Origin: Octopus vulgaris
Lineage: Eukaryota
Length of the DNA stretch: 64,000 nucleotides
Direction of reading: 5' to 3'
NCBI GenBank assembly: GCA_951406725.2
Contig: OX597832.1
Coordinates: 47,926,001-47,990,000, forward strand
How positions within the stretch are numbered: position 1 is the first letter of the stretch; every line of letters starts with the position of its first letter. The notes under the pieces were generated by a model. It made no database searches, was not told the origin of the DNA, and was given only the letters and a program-made list of their open reading frames with translations. Shown piece by piece: positions 1-11,429 of this stretch. Made by a program: the position numbers and the translations under genes.

Positions 1-253
1 CAGTGTGTGTGTGTTATAATATTGACATACACACGCACACACTGGTGCACACATACATCCACACAAGATCTCAAGCAAATGTGGCCTCCATAACTGACTA
101 CGTCAAAAGTGATTGAAATGGTTGCAAGTAACAATGAAAGAGTTTTGACCAACAAAAACAAAACAAAACAAATGACTTATTGCTTAATTAAATTAAACAA
201 TCGATTAGTTAGTTGAATATTTAACCAATTAATATGGGATCACCAAGCATAGA

Positions 254-1485
254 TTGGCATATTTTGGTCATATTATGCGTAGAAAATCCCTGGCGAAGGA
301 CATCATGCTCGGAATGGTCAGTGGCAAGAGAGGAAGAGGCCGACCAAGAACCCGCTGGCATGACACCATCAAGAGTGATACCGGAATGGACATGGCCAAT
401 CTGAAAGAAGCAACCCGGGATAGAACTGACTGGAGGACACCGATTCAACGAGTGACCGAGAGTCGACTTCAACTAAGCGGATGGATAGATAGATAGAAGC
501 CTAGTACTTGGAATGGTCAGTGGCCAGAGAGGAAGAGGCCGACCAAGAACCCGCTGGCATGACACCATCAAGAGTGATACCGGAATGGACATGGCCAATC
601 TGAAAGAAGCAACCCGGGATAGAACTGACTGGAGGACACCGATTCAACGAGTGACCGAGAGTCGACTTCAACTAAGCGGATGGATAGATAGATAGAAGCC
701 TAGTACTTGGAATGGTCAGTGGCCAGAGAGGAAGAGGCCGACCAAGAACCCGCTGGCATGACACCATCAAGAGTGATACCGGAATGGACATGGCCAATCT
801 GAAAGAAGCAACCCGGGATAGAACTGACTGGAGGACACCGATTCAACGAGTGACCGAGAGTCGACTTCAACTAAGCGGATGGATAGATAGATAGAAGCCT
901 AGTACTTGGAATGGTCAGTGGCCAGAGAGGAAGAGGCCGACCAAGAACCCGCTGGCATGACACCATCAAGAGTGATACCGGAATGGACATGGCCAATCTG
1001 AAAGAAGCAACCCGGGATAGAACTGACTGGAGGACACCGATTCAACGAGTGACCGAGAGTCGACTTCAACTAAGCGGATGGATAGATAGATAGAAGCCTA
1101 GTACTTGGAATGGTCAGTGGCCAGAGAGGAAGAGGCCGACCAAGAACCCGCTGGCTTGACACCATCAAGAGTGATACCGGAATGGACATAGCCAATCTGA
1201 AGGAAGCAGCTCAGGATAGAACTGACTGGAGGACACCGATTCAACGAGTGACCGAGAGTCGACTTCGACTGAGCGGATGGATAGATAGATAGAAGCCTAG
1301 TACTTGGAATGGTCAGTGGCCAGAGAGGAAGAGGCCGACCAAGAACCCGCTGGCTTGACACCATCAAGAGTGAAACCAGAATGGACATAGCCAATCTGAA
1401 GGAAGCGGCCCAGGATAGAACTGACTGGAGGACACTGATTCAACGAGTGACCGAGAGTCGACTTCGACTGAGCAGATAGATAGAC
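254..1485 (+). mobile_element. Tandem array (6 copies, 199-bp period) of the 3' end of an RTE-clade (BovB-like) LINE
   Basis: ORF YFGHIMRR...GRGRPRTRWHD...DRTDWR...ESRLQLSG matches the RTE ORF C-terminal pattern (FGH..RR / GRP..RW.D / DR..WR). Units recur at 513, 712, 911, 1110 and 1309, each ending in (GATA)n. Confidence 0.85.
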
Positions 1486-1628
1486 AGTGTGTGTGTTAAT
1501 AATATTGGTGTTATGACCCACCCTAGGCACAGCAAATTTCCTTTGTTGTATTTTTTAAATATTAATATGCTTTACTTTTCTATTTTCTTTTGCTCTCTGA
1601 ACACCATCCATCGTTTCCACATGAACAG

Positions 1629-1857
1629 CGTCAGCAACAGGCTCGAATCACAGATGCTGACGGTGCTGGCGGGAAGACTTCTACATTGCTGGCGGAACTC
1701 ATTCAAGCTGCTGGTATCCTGCCAGACGCTCACTCTGCTGACTCACAACAGACTTCTTCTACCATAGCAATTACCGATGTTGCTATTGCTGCTGATGAAC
1801 CAGTCGAAATCATCTCAGCTGGCAACCAGCTTCACTCTAGTACACCTCAGACTAAAA
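1629..1857 (+). CDS. Exon 1 (in window) of a large Ser/Thr-rich bromodomain protein gene
   Basis: Pyrimidine tract then first AG at 1627-1628. Encodes RQQQARITDADGAGGKTSTLLAELIQAAGILPD...STPQTK. Donor GTAAGT at 1858, phase 1. Nearby CAG acceptors (1634, 1640) make the start slightly uncertain. Confidence 0.8.
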
Positions 1858-2005
1858 GTAAGTCTCACACTTTAATCACGTGCGACATAAATAGCCTGGA
1901 AAGATATTTTTGAACCTATAAATCGCTTTGTTTTTTGTTTTTTTTTTTGTTTTTTTTTTCCTGTCTTATTTCTGCACGTTAGTTTCTGTGTTAACTCTTT
2001 TCAAA

Positions 2006-2358
2006 CCTATTTCTTTATTACCCACAAGGGGCTAAACATAGGGATACAGGCATCCAGCAACAGGACCTCCGTAATGCCATGATGGACCGTGAAGTCTGGC
2101 GTAGCATGGTAAATTCTATTGTCTTGACCACGGTCGAACAATGATGATAATGAAACGTAGAGGGGACAAACAAGGACAGACATAGGTATTAAGTCGATTA
2201 CATCGACCCCAGTGCGTAACTGGTGCTTAATTTATCGACCCCGAAAGGATGAAAGGCAAAGTCTACCTCGGCGGAATTTGAACTCACAACGTGACGGCAG
2301 ACGAAATACTGCATAGCATTTCGCCTGCCTTGCTAACGTTACTGCCAGCTTGCTGCCT
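2006..2358 (-). mobile_element. SINE family B monomer interrupted by an RTE 3' fragment (about 2040-2153, + strand)
   Basis: GCCTTTCATCCTTTCGGGGTCGATAAATT core and AATAAAGAAATAG tail on the minus strand. The insert matches the RTE 3' end at 11150-11263. Confidence 0.8.
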
Positions 2359-3001
2359 TTTCATACCAACCTACCTAACACCACCCCTGGTTCTATGTTA
2401 CAAACACTCTGTTTTTAATTGGTCTGAATTAAAACTTCCATTAAAGTTTGATTTATTTCAAACATCTGCTTAATAATGAGAAAATTATTTCACTATATTC
2501 TTCATTATTTTTGAAATAAAGTGAAAGGAAAAAAAGTGTATTTTAACAGAAATATTGTAGCAAAAGGTTTAAAACTGTTCTTGGTTCCAAGTAACAGCTA
2601 ACTGTTCGTCCTCAGTTTTATAATAGAGAAGTGTATAACTTATTGAATTCAAGTTAGTATATTACTAGTGATTCCATTATTTGACCCCAGTCAGGCATCA
2701 TCATTATCATCATCATCATGTAATGCCCACTTTTCCATTCTTGCATGGATCGGATGGAATTTGTTGAGGTGAATTTTCTATAGCTGGATACCCTTCCAGT
2801 TGCCAACACTCGCCTGTTTGCACGCAAAGGAATATGTCCCCATGATCAGACACGTCCCCTTGGAGTGCTGCTTGTATCGTTGACTCTTGCATACATGCAC
2901 ATACACACACATGTAAACACACACATATATATATTTCATTTGACTGCAGCCATGCTGGAGCACACCTTTAGTTGAAGAAACCAACACATATATATATATG
3001 T

Positions 3002-3212
3002 AGGCGCGGGCATGGCTGTGTGGTTAGGGAGCTTGCTTCCTAGCTACATGGTTTCGGGTTCAGTCCCACTGCGTGGCACTTTGGCTAGGTGTCTTCCACT
3101 ATAGCCCCGAGCCGACCGGAGCTTTGTGATTAAATTCGGTAGGTGGAAGTTACTGTCATGTGTGTATGTGTGCGTATAGCTGCTCAGTGCCTCTCCGAAA
3201 GAGAGAGAGGGA
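3002..3212 (+). mobile_element. Variant subfamily of tRNA-derived SINE family A
   Basis: A-box TGGCTGTGTGG and B-box GGTTCAGTCC. Near-identical copy at about 52600-52815 and a diverged inverted copy at about 58950-59145. Confidence 0.75.
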
Positions 3213-3965
3213 ATGGCACAACGTCAATGTCCATCACTGCTAGGTTGGATTGGAGGTGAGTTGTCTCACCTGTCCATGACTTTCAGCTGTTTTAACACTT
3301 GAGAGAGATTTCTCCACCACACCAAATTGCTGGCTACTGGCAAATATATGTAGTATATACATTAAATATATGTAGTTGATAATGAGAAATTCCTGTGAAA
3401 ATTGAACTTTGCTAGATTAGAACTTGTCTCAGTGGTGCATGGAGCTAAAGTAAAGTTTTAAATTCTGGTGTTCTGTCAAACATTTCAACTGTGGCATCAT
3501 CAGCATTGATGATGATGATGTCTTCAAACAAGAATAAAATTAAATGAGACCCGTCCATCACTACAGTCTTGAGTCTGGTGCTGGTACCACATAAAAAGCA
3601 CACATGCTGGTGCCGTGTTAAAAGTGCTGGTGCCACATAAAGAGCACTTAGTACACTCTGTGGAGTGACTGGCATTAGGAAACTATACCAAAATAGACAG
3701 TGGAGTTTGGTGTGGCCTCTGGCCTTACGAGCTCTGGTTAAACTGTCCAACCCATACCATCATGGAAAACGGACATTAAATGATGGTGATGATGAGATCC
3801 TGCTAATAGTGAAATAAACTTGTTCTAATTTTATTTTTATGTTATGTAAAGATTGGCAATAACCAAATAGTTAACTTGATAATTTTAAGATAAAAGTGAT
3901 TTTGTTGATAGTTTTTTTGTTTTTTTTTTACATTTTTTTCTCTTCTGCTGAACTTTTTATTTCAG

Positions 3966-4137
3966 TTTCCACCCAGCCACTAACTAGCAACGAGTGGTTT
4001 GAATATGATGTCGCGGATGACCAATCAAACACATATACCAACGATTCTTCTACAGACGCTATCTCGGCTCTCTTAGAGATGCAGCACCAATCCAATAACG
4101 GTAACCTCCAGATCAAAGAGAAAGAGATCATTAGAAG
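3966..4137 (+). CDS. Exon 2 of bromodomain protein gene
   Basis: TTTCAG acceptor, phase 1 matches exon 1. Encodes ISTQPLTSNEWFEYDVADD...DAISALLEMQ...KEKEIIR. Donor GTAAAG at 4138, phase 2. Confidence 0.85.
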
Positions 4138-4811
4138 GTAAAGAATGATGCTTGTTGTGTCTTCTCATCAGTTTTTATTTACTCTTTTACTTGTTTCAGT
4201 CATTTGACTGCGGCCATGCTGGAGCACCACCTTTAGTCGAGCAACTCGACCCCGGGACTTATTCTTTTGTAAGCCCAGTACTTATTCTATCGGTCTCTTT
4301 TGCCAAACCGCTAAGTGATGGGGACATAAACACACCAGCATCGGTTGTCAAGCAATGCTAGAGGGACGTGAATTTATTCTGAGTAATTGTCAGTCTATTC
4401 GACCAAGGGACCAGTTAATGAATTAAAATAACCGAATAAACCTTTCATGAGGATGTTTGTTGATATATATGTTTAGTGAAGTATACTATGCAACCATATC
4501 GTGTGGTCACATATCTGATTGCACTACAGAGCACTTATCATAACTCGTCTAAACAAATTATATACTATAACCTGTTTTATTTATTTCACTGTTGGCCTAT
4601 TTCTATCCAAAAGGTAATTGGTACTTCTAATTATCTGATTTCATCTAAATTAAAATCCGTCTATGGTACTTCATAATTTTTTGTTTCTTTTTTTTTTTTT
4701 TCATATATCTTGCTTCATTTGGAATCTTGTCTGGAACAAACAAACTACCAATGCAAACCTCGTTCCTTTGCTGACTGACTTCCATTCTCTCCTGTTACAA
4801 ACTACAAACAG

Positions 4812-4870
4812 TTCATCAGATCTAGGGAATCTTTCTGAGCAAATAAATCAGCAGAACTTTTACACCCTTG
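4812..4870 (+). CDS. Exon 3 of bromodomain protein gene
   Basis: AAACAG acceptor, phase 2 matches exon 2. Encodes SSDLGNLSEQINQQNFYTL. Donor GTAAGT at 4871, phase 1. Confidence 0.75.
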
Positions 4871-4893
4871 GTAAGTTACTTTTATTTTTTTTT

Positions 4894-4929
<36 letters not shown>

Positions 4930-4935
<6 letters not shown>

Positions 4936-5135
4936 TGTTGTGTCTGGGGAGAGTCATTCTCTTTTAGTGCCTTATTTAACGCACTCACCGGTAAAATTTT
5001 CACTTATTTCTTATTTTTATTTTTTCGAAAATTGTCGTCGCAACGAAAATTTTAGACTCTCCCCAGACACAACAGAATATGCTTCAACACACGAACTCAT
5101 AAAAAGAATCTTGCAAACCAAATCCAAAAACGAAA
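4930..5135. mobile_element. MITE-like inverted-repeat element embedded in (TA)n
   Basis: ATATTCTGTTGTGTCTGGGGAGAGTC (4930-4955) is the reverse complement of 5055-5080. TA microsatellites flank both sides. Confidence 0.6.
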
Positions 5136-5345
5136 TATATATATATATTTATTGCAAAATCATTGTTTATGCTGGAGTTATTGGCAGTGGCCCTGAAGTT
5201 AAGTTCACCACAAATGCATCTATCCTCATTTATCACAGATTCTGGATAAAAAAAGTTAAAAAAGTGATAAATGAATTGTCTCTATCCACTTTGTAGAATG
5301 AATGGTAATGGTAGAGTTATTAAAAGAAAAATAAATAAAGGGCAG

Positions 5346-6151
5346 TATGAACAGGTGCTGAAAAGTGCCTGGCTTTGGGTAAAAGAAAATACAGGAGGAT
5401 CAGTTAATTAGATTTTATCTAACATATTCCCCTCTTAGATTCACAGACTTATTGCAGTAGTCCTTCAGTTTTTCTAAGCCTTGTGAAAGAACTTGGAAAG
5501 TTGGGCCTCCAATGAGGCCTTTTGCAATACCTATTTCTTTACTACCCACAAGGGGCTAAACACAGAGGAGACGAACAAGGACAGACAAATGGATTAAGTC
5601 AATTATATCTACCCCAGTTGCGTAACTGGTACTTATTTAATCGACCCTGAAAGGATGAAAGGCAAAGTCGACCTCGGCAGAATTTGAACTCAGAAAGCAG
5701 CGGCAGACGAAATACCTATTTCTTTACTACCCACAAGGGGCTAAACACAGAGGGGACAAACAAGGACAGACACACGGATTAAGTTGATTACATCGACCCC
5801 AGTGCGTAACTGGTACTTATTTAATCGACCCCCAAAGGATGAAAGGCAAAGTCAACCTCGGCGGAATTTGAACTCAGAACACAGCAGCAGACGAAATACC
5901 TATTTCTTTACTATCCACAAGGGGCTAAACACAGAAAGGACAAACAAGGATAGACACACGGATTAAGTCGATTACATCGACCCCAGTGCGTTACTGGTAC
6001 TTAATTTATCGACCCCGAAAGGATGAAAGGCAAAGTTGACCTCAAAGGCAGACGAAATACCGCTAAGCATTTCGTATGGCGTGCTAACGTTTCTGCCAGT
6101 TCGCCGCCTTTTACAATACCATTAAAAGAACTTTTCAGCACCATACATGTA
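5346..6151. mobile_element. Mariner/Tc1-like non-autonomous element hosting a SINE B trimer
   Basis: Inverted ends GGTGCTGAAAAGT / ACTTTTCAGCACC close to TA dinucleotides. Confidence 0.55.
5532..6108 (-). mobile_element. SINE family B trimer (one tRNA-like head plus 3 bodies)
   Basis: Three tandem bodies. Flanking direct repeat GCCTTTT(G/A)CAATACC at about 5517-5531 and 6106-6120. Confidence 0.85.
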
Positions 6152-6399
6152 ATTTAGAAATTAAATTTAATTAAAGAGATGAGTTCATAATGAAGCCGTG
6201 GAATCATTACAACATAAATAAAGCTTGGTTCCCAGCTTCTGGTAAGTAGGGGTCAATTTTGGATTAGAAATATGGAGTAAATTGTGTGAGTGTTTATTTG
6301 TTCATGTCAAACTCATGATTCATTCACTGTGTACATGTATGTATTTCTATAATTTTCTCTCTTTTTTTTTTTTTTTTTTTTTTTGTCATCCCCGTGCAG

Positions 6400-6539
6400 A
6401 TCAGGCTCTCAGCATTTTAACTCAAGAAGAAAAAGACACTCCAGCTTCTTCTATCAGCGGTTCGGTCGACCCACTCAGTTTTCTCAATTCTTCCACATTT
6501 CCACTCAGTATATCCAAACAGATTGAAGAACCGATGCAG
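6400..6539 (+). CDS. Exon 4 of bromodomain protein gene
   Basis: Poly-T tract and TGCAG acceptor, phase 1. Encodes DQALSILTQEEKDTPASS...KQIEEPMQ. Donor GTAGGT, phase 0. Confidence 0.85.
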
Positions 6540-6690
6540 GTAGGTGAGGTCGAAAGTAATGCATGTGCTGGGTTACGAGACGTTTCGGCGCAGCTGTTTT
6601 GGTGCCACCGATTTTGTGTTGCTGATGCGACGATTATTTGACATCAGACGTTTTAACCCTTTAGCTATTTAATCCAGCTATATATCTGCC

Positions 6691-6969
6691 TGCGTGTGTG
6701 TGTTTGTGTGTCTGTGTTTGTCCCCCTAGCATTGGGAGCTCTTCGTCGGAAACATAGGAGAAGGAAAGATCCAGAGAAGGGAAAACATAGAAAGAAAAAA
6801 AATCGCCAACGGTACATCATCATCATCATCATCATCGGACGTTAAACGATGATGATGATGATGATCCGTTGGCGATTTTTTTTTCCTATGTCTTTCCTTC
6901 TCCTATGTTTCCGACGAAGAGCTCCCAATGCTAGGGGGACAAACACAGACACACAAACACACACACGCA
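6691..6969. repeat. Long fold-back inverted repeat made of chimeric repeat fragments
   Basis: 6691-6769 is the reverse complement of about 6891-6969. Pairing continues through ATCGCCAACGG/CCGTTGGCGAT and (CAT)n/(GAT)n. Confidence 0.9.
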
Positions 6970-7296
6970 TATATACATATACATATATATGACGGGCTTC
7001 TTTTCAGTTTCCTTCTTTCCTGAGCGTCCAATAATACTATATCTGTTCCACGTCCTTCGCGTTGTTGTGTTTTTTTGTGCTTTCATGTTTGAATTAACTT
7101 TATATATCTGGCCCAAATATTCTACCTGTTTTATGTTAAAAACTGACCAGATCCTGCCTCTCACACCTACCCTACAATGTCATTCTATAAATATACAAAA
7201 CACACCATTGAAATCGTGAAGCTACAAGATAATGCACAATTCAAAACAATGTGAATAAATAAGGATTACATTTGACAAGCCACCCCGACGGGTATC

Positions 7297-7780
7297 CGTG
7301 CCGGTGGCACTTAAAAAGCACCGTCTGATCATGGCCGTTGCCAGCCTGGCCTGGCCCCCGTGCCGGTGGCACATAAAAAGCACCATCTGATCGTGGCCGT
7401 TGCCAGCCTCGCCTTGCCCCCGTGCCGGTGGCACATAAAAAGCACCATCCGGTCGTGGCCGTTGCCAGCCTCGCCTTGCCCCCATGCTGGTGGCACGTAA
7501 AAAGCACCATCCAAGCGTGACCGTTTGCCAGCCTCGTCTGGCATCCGTGCTGGTGGCACGTAAAAAGCACCATCCGATCGTGGCCGTTGCCAGCCCCGTC
7601 TGGCACGTAAAAAGCACCCACTACACTCATGGAGTGGTTGGCGTTAGGAAGGGCATCCAGCCGTAGAAACACTGCCAGATCAGACTGGAGCCTGGTGCAG
7701 CCTTCTGGCCTCCCAGACCCCAGTTGAACCGTCCAACCCATGCTAGCATGGAAAGCGGATGCTAAACGATGATGATGATG
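7297..7780 (+). mobile_element. Family C non-autonomous RTE-type retroposon with an internal ~60-bp VNTR
   Basis: 5-6 GTGCCGGTGGCAC..AAAAAGCACCATC units, then GGCGTTAGGAAGGGCATCCAGC and a TAAAC(GAT)n tail. More than 12 copies in the window. Confidence 0.75.
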
Positions 7781-8179
7781 AAAGAAATGTGAATGCTGAA
7801 GGGTTAACCTCTCTCTCTCTCTGTTCATGTGTGGGCATCTAGTTATATTTGTATGTATACATAATGGCCCTGTCCTCCCCTCTCTCCGTTTACATCTGCG
7901 AGCATCTTGTTCTGTTTGTATGTACATGTAATGTCTCTCTCTTCGTATATGTATGTTTTTTGTGTTTGAGGCGCAGCACTCGGCAACTTTGCCTATACGT
8001 TTAAGACGCAGGTGTGGTTGTGGTGTGTTTAAGAAGCTCGCTTTCCAACCGTGTCCTTGCTGTTGGGTTCTATTACATTGAATAACTATATCTTCTACCA
8101 TGGGCAAGTATTTCCTACTGTCGCTTCAGGCCAACCAAACCCTTGTGAGCGGATTTGGTAGACAAATTGAAAGAAGCCC

Positions 8180-8587
8180 GGATCTTTTCGGTTTGAACGG
8201 CAGTTTTTTAAAATAATTTCCACGTAACTAAAAAATTTTAAACTTTGTATACTGGTAGAATGTGTTTATAAAACATCTTTTTCTCTTGGCTTTCTTGAGA
8301 AAATTCTATAGTTTGTAAGATATTTGTTGTTTTTTTTCTTCAATTTCTGCAATTTCAACGAATCAATGACGTCTATTGAGGTGAAAACATTCTGTGCCTT
8401 ATGAATATGTCCCTCGTTTAAGAAACAGATTGGGTTTATTAACATTTGTGAAGAAAAAAGATACCCTTCCCCACAGTCCTAACCCTAAAACATTGAAATG
8501 CAATATATCGATACTAGGGTTATAATTATGGGTGACAATTTCATATGACACCGCTAGAAAAAACTGCCGTTCAAACCGAATAGATCC
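8180..8587. mobile_element. MITE with 8-bp TSD (Merlin-like), inserted in an old SINE A
   Basis: TIR GGATCTTTTCGGTTTGAACGGCAGTTTTT / AAAAACTGCCGTTCAAACCGAATAGATCC. TSD AGAAGCCC at 8172-8179 and 8588-8595. GG termini plus an 8-bp TSD fit Merlin (inference). Confidence 0.85.
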
Positions 8588-9512
8588 AGAAGCCCATATG
8601 TATACATGTATGTGTGTGTGTGCCTACGTTCGTTCTTTTACTCGTTTCAGTAAGTTTGCAGCTATGAAAGTTAAAACCACGTTTTGAAGTAAAAATTTTA
8701 GGAAAAAATACAGAAAAACGTTATTTTTTACGAATTATGGATCACTCATTTTTAAAAAATGTCAAACTTTAGCTATCGATTTTCTAAAGCTTTATGTTTG
8801 TAGTTTTTAAAAATGTGGTACAACCTAATTAATCACTATTTCTGACTTTAAAAAAAAAATGTGGTAAATGGGGATAAAAAAGTCAAAAAGGCAGTTAGTA
8901 AGGGACATTACTCGGGAATATTATCTCCCTTGCAACTTGCATCTTTATAGTAATGTAAAATTAGTGTTGTTTTTTTTTTTAATGGCGGAGTTCTGGTTTA
9001 AGCACCCCAAATAACCCTTCATAACTTATTTATGTTTTGGAATTTTCCGAATATTTTTACGAATTTGTGTTCTACACATGGCAATTCATACAATTAGGGT
9101 GGTGGGGGCTTTCTTTTTAATTCTTTCTCCCTCAATAAATTTTAAGTTTTACTTTCTGTAATTTTTTTAAAAATCAGTCTAAATTACGGACAGTTCGAAT
9201 TTTTTGCATGTCGCTGGTACAGGTGACCTTTTACGCGAGATTCGAGAACAACATTGTAGGGTAGGAGGTGTTATAGGCTTGTCTGGCCAGTTTGAACATA
9301 AACTAGCAGAATATTTGGATCTGATATGGCTGGTTCAAATGTTAAAGAGCTTTACCGTTTAGTGTTCACATTATTCTACCAAAATTAATGCTTTTCATCC
9401 ACATTGTTTTGAACTAATCAGGCATTATCTTGTAGCTATGAGATTCTGATGAGGTAGCTGTTGATTTTTAAAACGATATTGTACAGTTGGTGTGAGAGAC
9501 CAGATCTGGCTA

Positions 9513-9876
9513 TCTCTCTCTATATAAACGGTAGTTTGTCTCTGTGTGTCTGTTAGCTTGTACCCTCACCCTGACCACGGCTTTCAACCGATTCTGATGA
9601 AACTTAACACACACATAGCCCAATGTCATAATTCAAAACTAACGCAGAGAAAATTTTCAAAAGTTCCCCCAGTTCTGAAAAAAATCGATAAATTCGACAT
9701 GGGGTCGAGAATCAGAAACACAAACCACAGACTGTCTAGGGGACGCAATTCGACCGTTTTAACTCTCAAAAAAAAATTTACCAAATTTTTTTTCCATTTT
9801 TTTGGCTATAACTCTCTAAAAATGCTTTATAGTTATTTCCCTTACAAACCCGAGCAACGCCGGGCGATACTGCTAG
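9513..9876 (+). mobile_element. Non-autonomous Helitron
   Basis: 5' TC, subterminal hairpin CCCGAGCAACGCCGGG, 3' CTAG. Inserted between A and T with no TSD, splitting a host repeat. Confidence 0.85.
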
Positions 9877-10136
9877 TTTTTAACATAAAACAGGCAGAAT
9901 ACTTTTGGCCGGATATGGCCGGTTTAAATGTTAAAGGGCTTAAATAAAGTGAATGAACCAACCTTTGCTGAGAGTTGTAATCTTGTTTCTTTTACATGCT
10001 GGCAAACATAACACAAATAAATTGATCACTTTTATTTGTTTTTTAAGTTCTTTATTGTTTTTTTTTATATTTCATTTTATATGAAGTTTTACAATTTTTT
10101 TTTCTGTTTTCTTTTTTTTGATGCTGTGATTTGTAG

Positions 10137-10304
10137 GTTACAGTTTCCACTCCTGATGTCTCCAATACTGTTGAAGTACCCATCTCTTCTGAAACTCCTC
10201 CCTCGACACCAGTGCCAACAGATCTAGTCGAGCAGCTCTCCACCTCTATGAACCAAGAACTGTTACAAGGGGAACTTGATCCTCAGACTGGACTCTTTTA
10301 TACG
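10137..10304 (+). CDS. Exon 5 of bromodomain protein gene
   Basis: TTTGTAG acceptor, phase 0. 56 codons VTVSTPDVSNTVEVP...ELLQGELDPQTGLFYT. Donor GTTTGT, phase 0. Confidence 0.85.
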
Positions 10305-10371
10305 GTTTGTCCATTGACTTTCTCTTGACTAAAGAAAGTACTTTCTGCCTGCCTTGATGAATTTTCAAATT

Positions 10372-10778
10372 ACTCTTTTTTACTTGTTTCAGTCATTTGA
10401 CTGCGGCCATGCTGGAGCACCGCCTTTAGTCGAGCAAATCGACCCCGGAACTTATTCTTTGTAAGCCAAGTACTTATTCTATCAGTCTCTTTTGGCTGAA
10501 CCGCTAAGTGACGGCGACGTAAACACACCAGCATCGGTTGTCAAGCAATGCTAGGGGGACAAACACAGACACACAAACACACACACACACACACACACAT
10601 ACATACATATACATGTATACGACGGGCTTCTTTCAGTTTCCGTCTACCAAATCCACTCACAAGTCTTTGGTCGGCCCGGGGCTATAGCAGAAGACACTTG
10701 CCCAAGATTCCACGCAGTGGGACTGAACCCGGAACCATGTGGTTGGTTAGCAAGCTACTTACCACACAGCCACTCCTA
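10372..10778 (-). mobile_element. tRNA-derived SINE family A, full length
   Basis: Pol III A/B boxes, CORE-like CTTGGGCAAG motif, internal (TA)/(TG) microsatellite, GAAACAAGTAAAAGAGTA tail. Confidence 0.9.
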
Positions 10779-10936
10779 ATCAAATATTTGGAGGGGTTTT
10801 ATTCAAATAACTAACTTCTCCATTTTGATGTTGGTGTTTGAAATATAAAGTTAACAAAATGTTCTTATATAAAAATACGCTGCAATGTTTTTAATATGAA
10901 TATTTGAAAACGGGTATTGAGCTATATATATATATG

Positions 10937-11263
10937 AGAGCTCAAAATCTCTCGTGGAAGCGCCATCCAACCAAAATGCAAATATATGGGAAGCTACCAC
11001 CTGTGTCATCTCTTGTGAAAGGTAGGAGAGTCCAGTTTGCTGGACATTGTTGTAGAGCTGAAAAAGAAGTAATTTCTACTCTTCTCCTCTAGAAGCCATC
11101 TACTCGCAATACCAGAGGGCGCACACTCTCCTACCCTGATGCAATCTCCAGGGATACAGGCATCCAGCAACAGGACCTCCGTAATGCCATGATAGACCGT
11201 GAAGTCTGGCGTAACATGGTAAATTCCATTGTCTCGACCACGGTCGAACGATGATGATGATGA
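10937..11263 (+). mobile_element. RTE-clade LINE 3' fragment (second RTE family), pseudogenised
   Basis: RAQNLSWKRHPTKMQIYGKLPPVSSLVKGRRVQFAGHCCRAEKEVISTLLL*KP...DREVWR followed by a (GAT)n tail. In-frame TAG where Trp is expected. Confidence 0.8.
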
Positions 11264-11429
11264 CTTAAGGACCATTTTCAAGCAGAGTTGGTATGAAAAG
11301 GGTTTGGGCACTTTTTATTTTTTGTTCTTTTACTGTTTTCTGATAGCCAGCTGTCTTTGGCCATTCTAGAGTACATTTCAGTGGGGGTTTATTTTGTTTT
11401 TCAGTGGAAAATATACGGGAAAATATATA

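Noticed and set aside
254-1485. Repeated 60-aa ORFs as a tandem small-protein gene cluster
   Set aside because: They are the C-terminus of an RTE LINE ORF lying in an intron, with no independent promoter evidence.
7241-8107. 288-aa minus-strand ORF and recurring MLAWVGRF... / MSSNARG... ORFs
   Set aside because: Translations of family C and SINE A repeats. No recognisable domain.
8477-8488. CCTAACCCTAA telomere-like motif
   Set aside because: Only two units, inside a MITE.
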